NCBI GenBank assembly: GCA_024404495.1
Contig: JAKSPT010000005.1
Span: forward strand, 6,483-70,482
DNA length: 64,000 bases
Origin: Lachnospiraceae bacterium
Lineage (GTDB): Bacteria; Bacillota; Clostridia; Oscillospirales; CAG-272
Direction: 5' to 3'
Part shown: positions 62,701-64,000 of the stretch, piece by piece
Position numbering within the stretch: position 1 is the stretch's first letter
How the letters are laid out: every line of letters starts with the position of its first letter
Program-made: the position numbers and the translations under genes
The notes under the pieces: generated by a model
Database searches by the model: none
Told to the model about the DNA's origin: nothing
What the model saw: the letters and a program-made list of their open reading frames with translations, nothing else

Positions 62701-63950
62701 TCTTCGGGGAGAACGGGCATTTCACCTTCAACACGACCTGGGGTCTGCTTGACTGCTGGGGACGCGAAAAGCCCGAGTATTACAGTGTGAAGAAGGTTTA
62801 TTCACCGCTCGATATCGACGAACTGCAGACGCTGACGGCAGAGGGGAAAGACGGAGTGACGTTATCTGTCGGAAACCGTTATTTCCATACCTCCCTTTCA
62901 GAACTGGTCTGCGTATGGACCTGCGGGGAGGAAAAGGGCGAGATCACACTGCCTGACACCGCGCCCGGAAAGACCGCAAAACTGACGGTTCCCGTGAAGA
63001 ACGCGGAAAACGGGGCGATTCTTCATCTCGATTTCATCCGCCGGCAGTATGAGGCGGTTGAAAACTACGTCGTCGATTCCTTTGAATTCAAGCTCGGCGG
63101 CTGGACCGCGCCCGCATACGCCTCCGCAGCCGAAGGGAGCGCTCCGGAGATCACCGACGGCACCGTCGAACTGACCGTGAACGGTGAGGACTTCCTCGTG
63201 AAGATCGCGAAGACCACCGGAAAGATCACTGCTTCGGTCGGCGGGAAGACGGTAATGAACGGTACGCCGGTTCTTACGCTGAACGGTGAAAAGCAGAGCG
63301 GTCTGACCGGGATCAAGGTGACGGCAGTGACCGAAGGCAGCGAAGCGGTCGTCGAAATGACCGGAAAATACACCTCGGGTGTGAAAGTGACCTTCCGCTT
63401 CGCGATCGACCGTGAGGGCAGGATCGGATTCGGTTACGCCTTCCCCGAAGGAAAGACTTACGAAGAGGTCGGCGTGATCCTGCCGCTTTCCGAAAACGTC
63501 GAAACGCTTTCGTGGGAGGGACGCCCGGTACTCTGGAGCGTCTATCCCGAGTATGATATCGGCAGAATTACCGGCACCGCAAAGAGAACCTACGGCGGCG
63601 AGGCATACGGGGTCAAGCCCGATCACCCGTGGAGCATGGACGAGACTGCCTACGAACAGGGAAAGAGCACGACGCTTCCTGCTTCCCGTGATTTCCTCGC
63701 GACCCGCTTCGGCGTGGATACCGCGTCCCTGACCGATAAGGACGGAAAAGGCGTCCGGATCGAAGCGGACGGAATTGCGCTCCGTACGGAAGTTGACGGA
63801 AAGACCGTTTCCGTGGCGGCATTCTCCGCTTACAGCGCGCTCGGTGCCACCGACCAAATGGGCGACGTTACGCCGATCCCGCTGACGAAGGAAGCGGCGT
63901 CCGAAAACGGAAATGTTATCGGCTCCTTTGTCATCCGTCTGATCGGTTAA
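59787..63950 (+). CDS. 1387-aa exported lipoprotein with GH2 (beta-galactosidase/mannosidase family) core, discoidin-like modules and an N-terminal GH20b/GH67N-like module
   Basis: Lipobox LFSLFSCGK. GH2 sugar-binding FLRFDSVLNVARVWVNGVYLGSHSGGYTAFEFEITD. TIM barrel NYIRTSHFPPSDEILSLCDSLGFYVELE. Acid/base IVIWSVSNES. Confidence 0.8.
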   Translation: MKKTLIHGLTTVTALLLLFSLFSCGKKEITLGDRNGMTYAVVYGADPAEKAAAETLADALHAALGCEVTCVPDTEPERKNEILVGKTSHSSALSGKLGEGEYGFLFEGGKLLLCGDTPERTESAVRAFIEGYLKEGETMEKLVIPAGLSEIKKEEDTYKWLSLKEAGITLHRFDPSPFISDWLGDGSLQPVDLLSPTGRTGTVTGDTYDYNTHPADYQVKTTDKLTDGEEESIEQGMALWAGNKKTPDTDTYINYDLGELYYICYYQLRPSFAGMEWEVEYSEDGEYWDCAEVYTSGEWIHSRTFSEPFPAQYVRFHITKGAVTGNDFFVAIREIWMQGVPAAGLDRAPTYISPFTGGDGGDTAFYYDYGRTYVTADLGKEYEIAAYAFDYEGKGKDVKLLTATDPTVWQDCASGKEGEIAESGRRYVMFSARGGKADDLTDIRLLVRDTENRKNRTLKSGNTTASFVMPVPADAVMTDLTGEWEISSAPKAGFWQDPSSSRWKKITVRSYPELNGVTTVSEKEYNHEYAYRKTVPSPLADGCDRYFLRFDSVLNVARVWVNGVYLGSHSGGYTAFEFEITDLVKTGNDLEIVVGVTSVTYAPELNIGGSGITGAVRIEGVKEAHLTRLHSFTSLGSAYENAEIALNLAADLGGKEAVTASLSLTDPEGKDVASGKKAVTFAAGAEEQTVTIPISGVITWDAEHPRLYTLRVTLDGGAEYEQKIGIREVKLTDSELLVNGSPVKLRGVDWTDLDPTGGLVSSPEYDRESLIKLKQANVNYIRTSHFPPSDEILSLCDSLGFYVELEATHHINTHWATGDDYERLDTISNPQYLPWTLGVYASVFERAEPHSSIVIWSVSNESDYGGNTEKVCEYLERVDDSRPVKFSWGDSIPAGTDLIDVKSVHYPSLDSLKKAAPMPTVYDECGHLYHTVGIDAGLRALYGYSYDAYWEAILKQKGGLGAAIWHSRDFMFFGENGHFTFNTTWGLLDCWGREKPEYYSVKKVYSPLDIDELQTLTAEGKDGVTLSVGNRYFHTSLSELVCVWTCGEEKGEITLPDTAPGKTAKLTVPVKNAENGAILHLDFIRRQYEAVENYVVDSFEFKLGGWTAPAYASAAEGSAPEITDGTVELTVNGEDFLVKIAKTTGKITASVGGKTVMNGTPVLTLNGEKQSGLTGIKVTAVTEGSEAVVEMTGKYTSGVKVTFRFAIDREGRIGFGYAFPEGKTYEEVGVILPLSENVETLSWEGRPVLWSVYPEYDIGRITGTAKRTYGGEAYGVKPDHPWSMDETAYEQGKSTTLPASRDFLATRFGVDTASLTDKDGKGVRIEADGIALRTEVDGKTVSVAAFSAYSALGATDQMGDVTPIPLTKEAASENGNVIGSFVIRLIG

Positions 63951-64000
63951 ATGAAAAACATTCAAAAGCAGAAAAACAAAATTTTACGGTGAAAAATTGC

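Noticed and set aside
1-64000. tRNA, rRNA, tmRNA, RNase P, CRISPR-Cas, toxin-antitoxin or known anti-phage defence operons.
   Set aside because: I looked for cloverleaf-sized conserved segments, GAGGAAAGTCC-type RNase P motifs, regular repeat-spacer arrays and typical defence domains (nucleases, STAND NTPases, reverse transcriptases, SIR2/TIR). None was recognised. Absence cannot be proven without tools.

Overview
This is a visibly GC-rich chromosomal segment. It has strong G/C third-position bias and many long stop-free antisense shadow ORFs. It comes from a spore-forming Firmicute; a Clostridia, Oscillospiraceae/Ruminococcaceae-like origin is my inference from the Spo0A-type and CwlD-type genes and the many lipoprotein glycosidases. 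Content by region:

- **1-2040:** the terminal module of an integrative element, with two Xis-like HTH genes, a tyrosine integrase and an RHH gene. It abuts the 3' end of a GMP synthase gene.
- **Housekeeping and sporulation genes:** guaA (ATP-PPase part only), a spo0A-like regulator, ppa, a XerC/D-like recombinase, a D-Ala-D-Ala carboxypeptidase, a cwlD-like amidase and radA.
- **Glycan-degradation genes:** many exported lipoproteins or C-terminally anchored enzymes. These include a double beta-helix hydrolase, a purple-acid-phosphatase-like esterase, PL8 lyase, two GH38 mannosidases, a heparinase II/III-like lyase, a domain-permuted GH3, a NagZ-like GH3 and a 1387-aa GH2.
- **Small regulatory and transport modules:** PadR+DUF2812, a sigma factor with a membrane partner, TetR, an OmpR/HK pair with a GT2, an FtsX/ABC pair and an EamA transporter.

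I recognised no rRNA, tRNA, CRISPR array or known defence system.

The most unusual signals are non-coding:
- A ~210-220 nt multi-hairpin element is present twice in inverted orientation (15380-15590 and 25196-25415). The two copies bracket a 9.6 kb gene block, and each copy has related hairpins at both ends.
- A mirror-symmetric array of eight short, different hairpins is punctuated by ATGATG(T)/(A)CATCAT between two convergent genes (37210-37416).
- A conserved 3'-UTR hairpin element occurs twice with a compensatory base-pair change (15165 and 48076).
- The integrase gene needs a -1 frame change inside an A7 tract.

All protein family calls come from motifs read in the supplied translations. 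No database search was possible.
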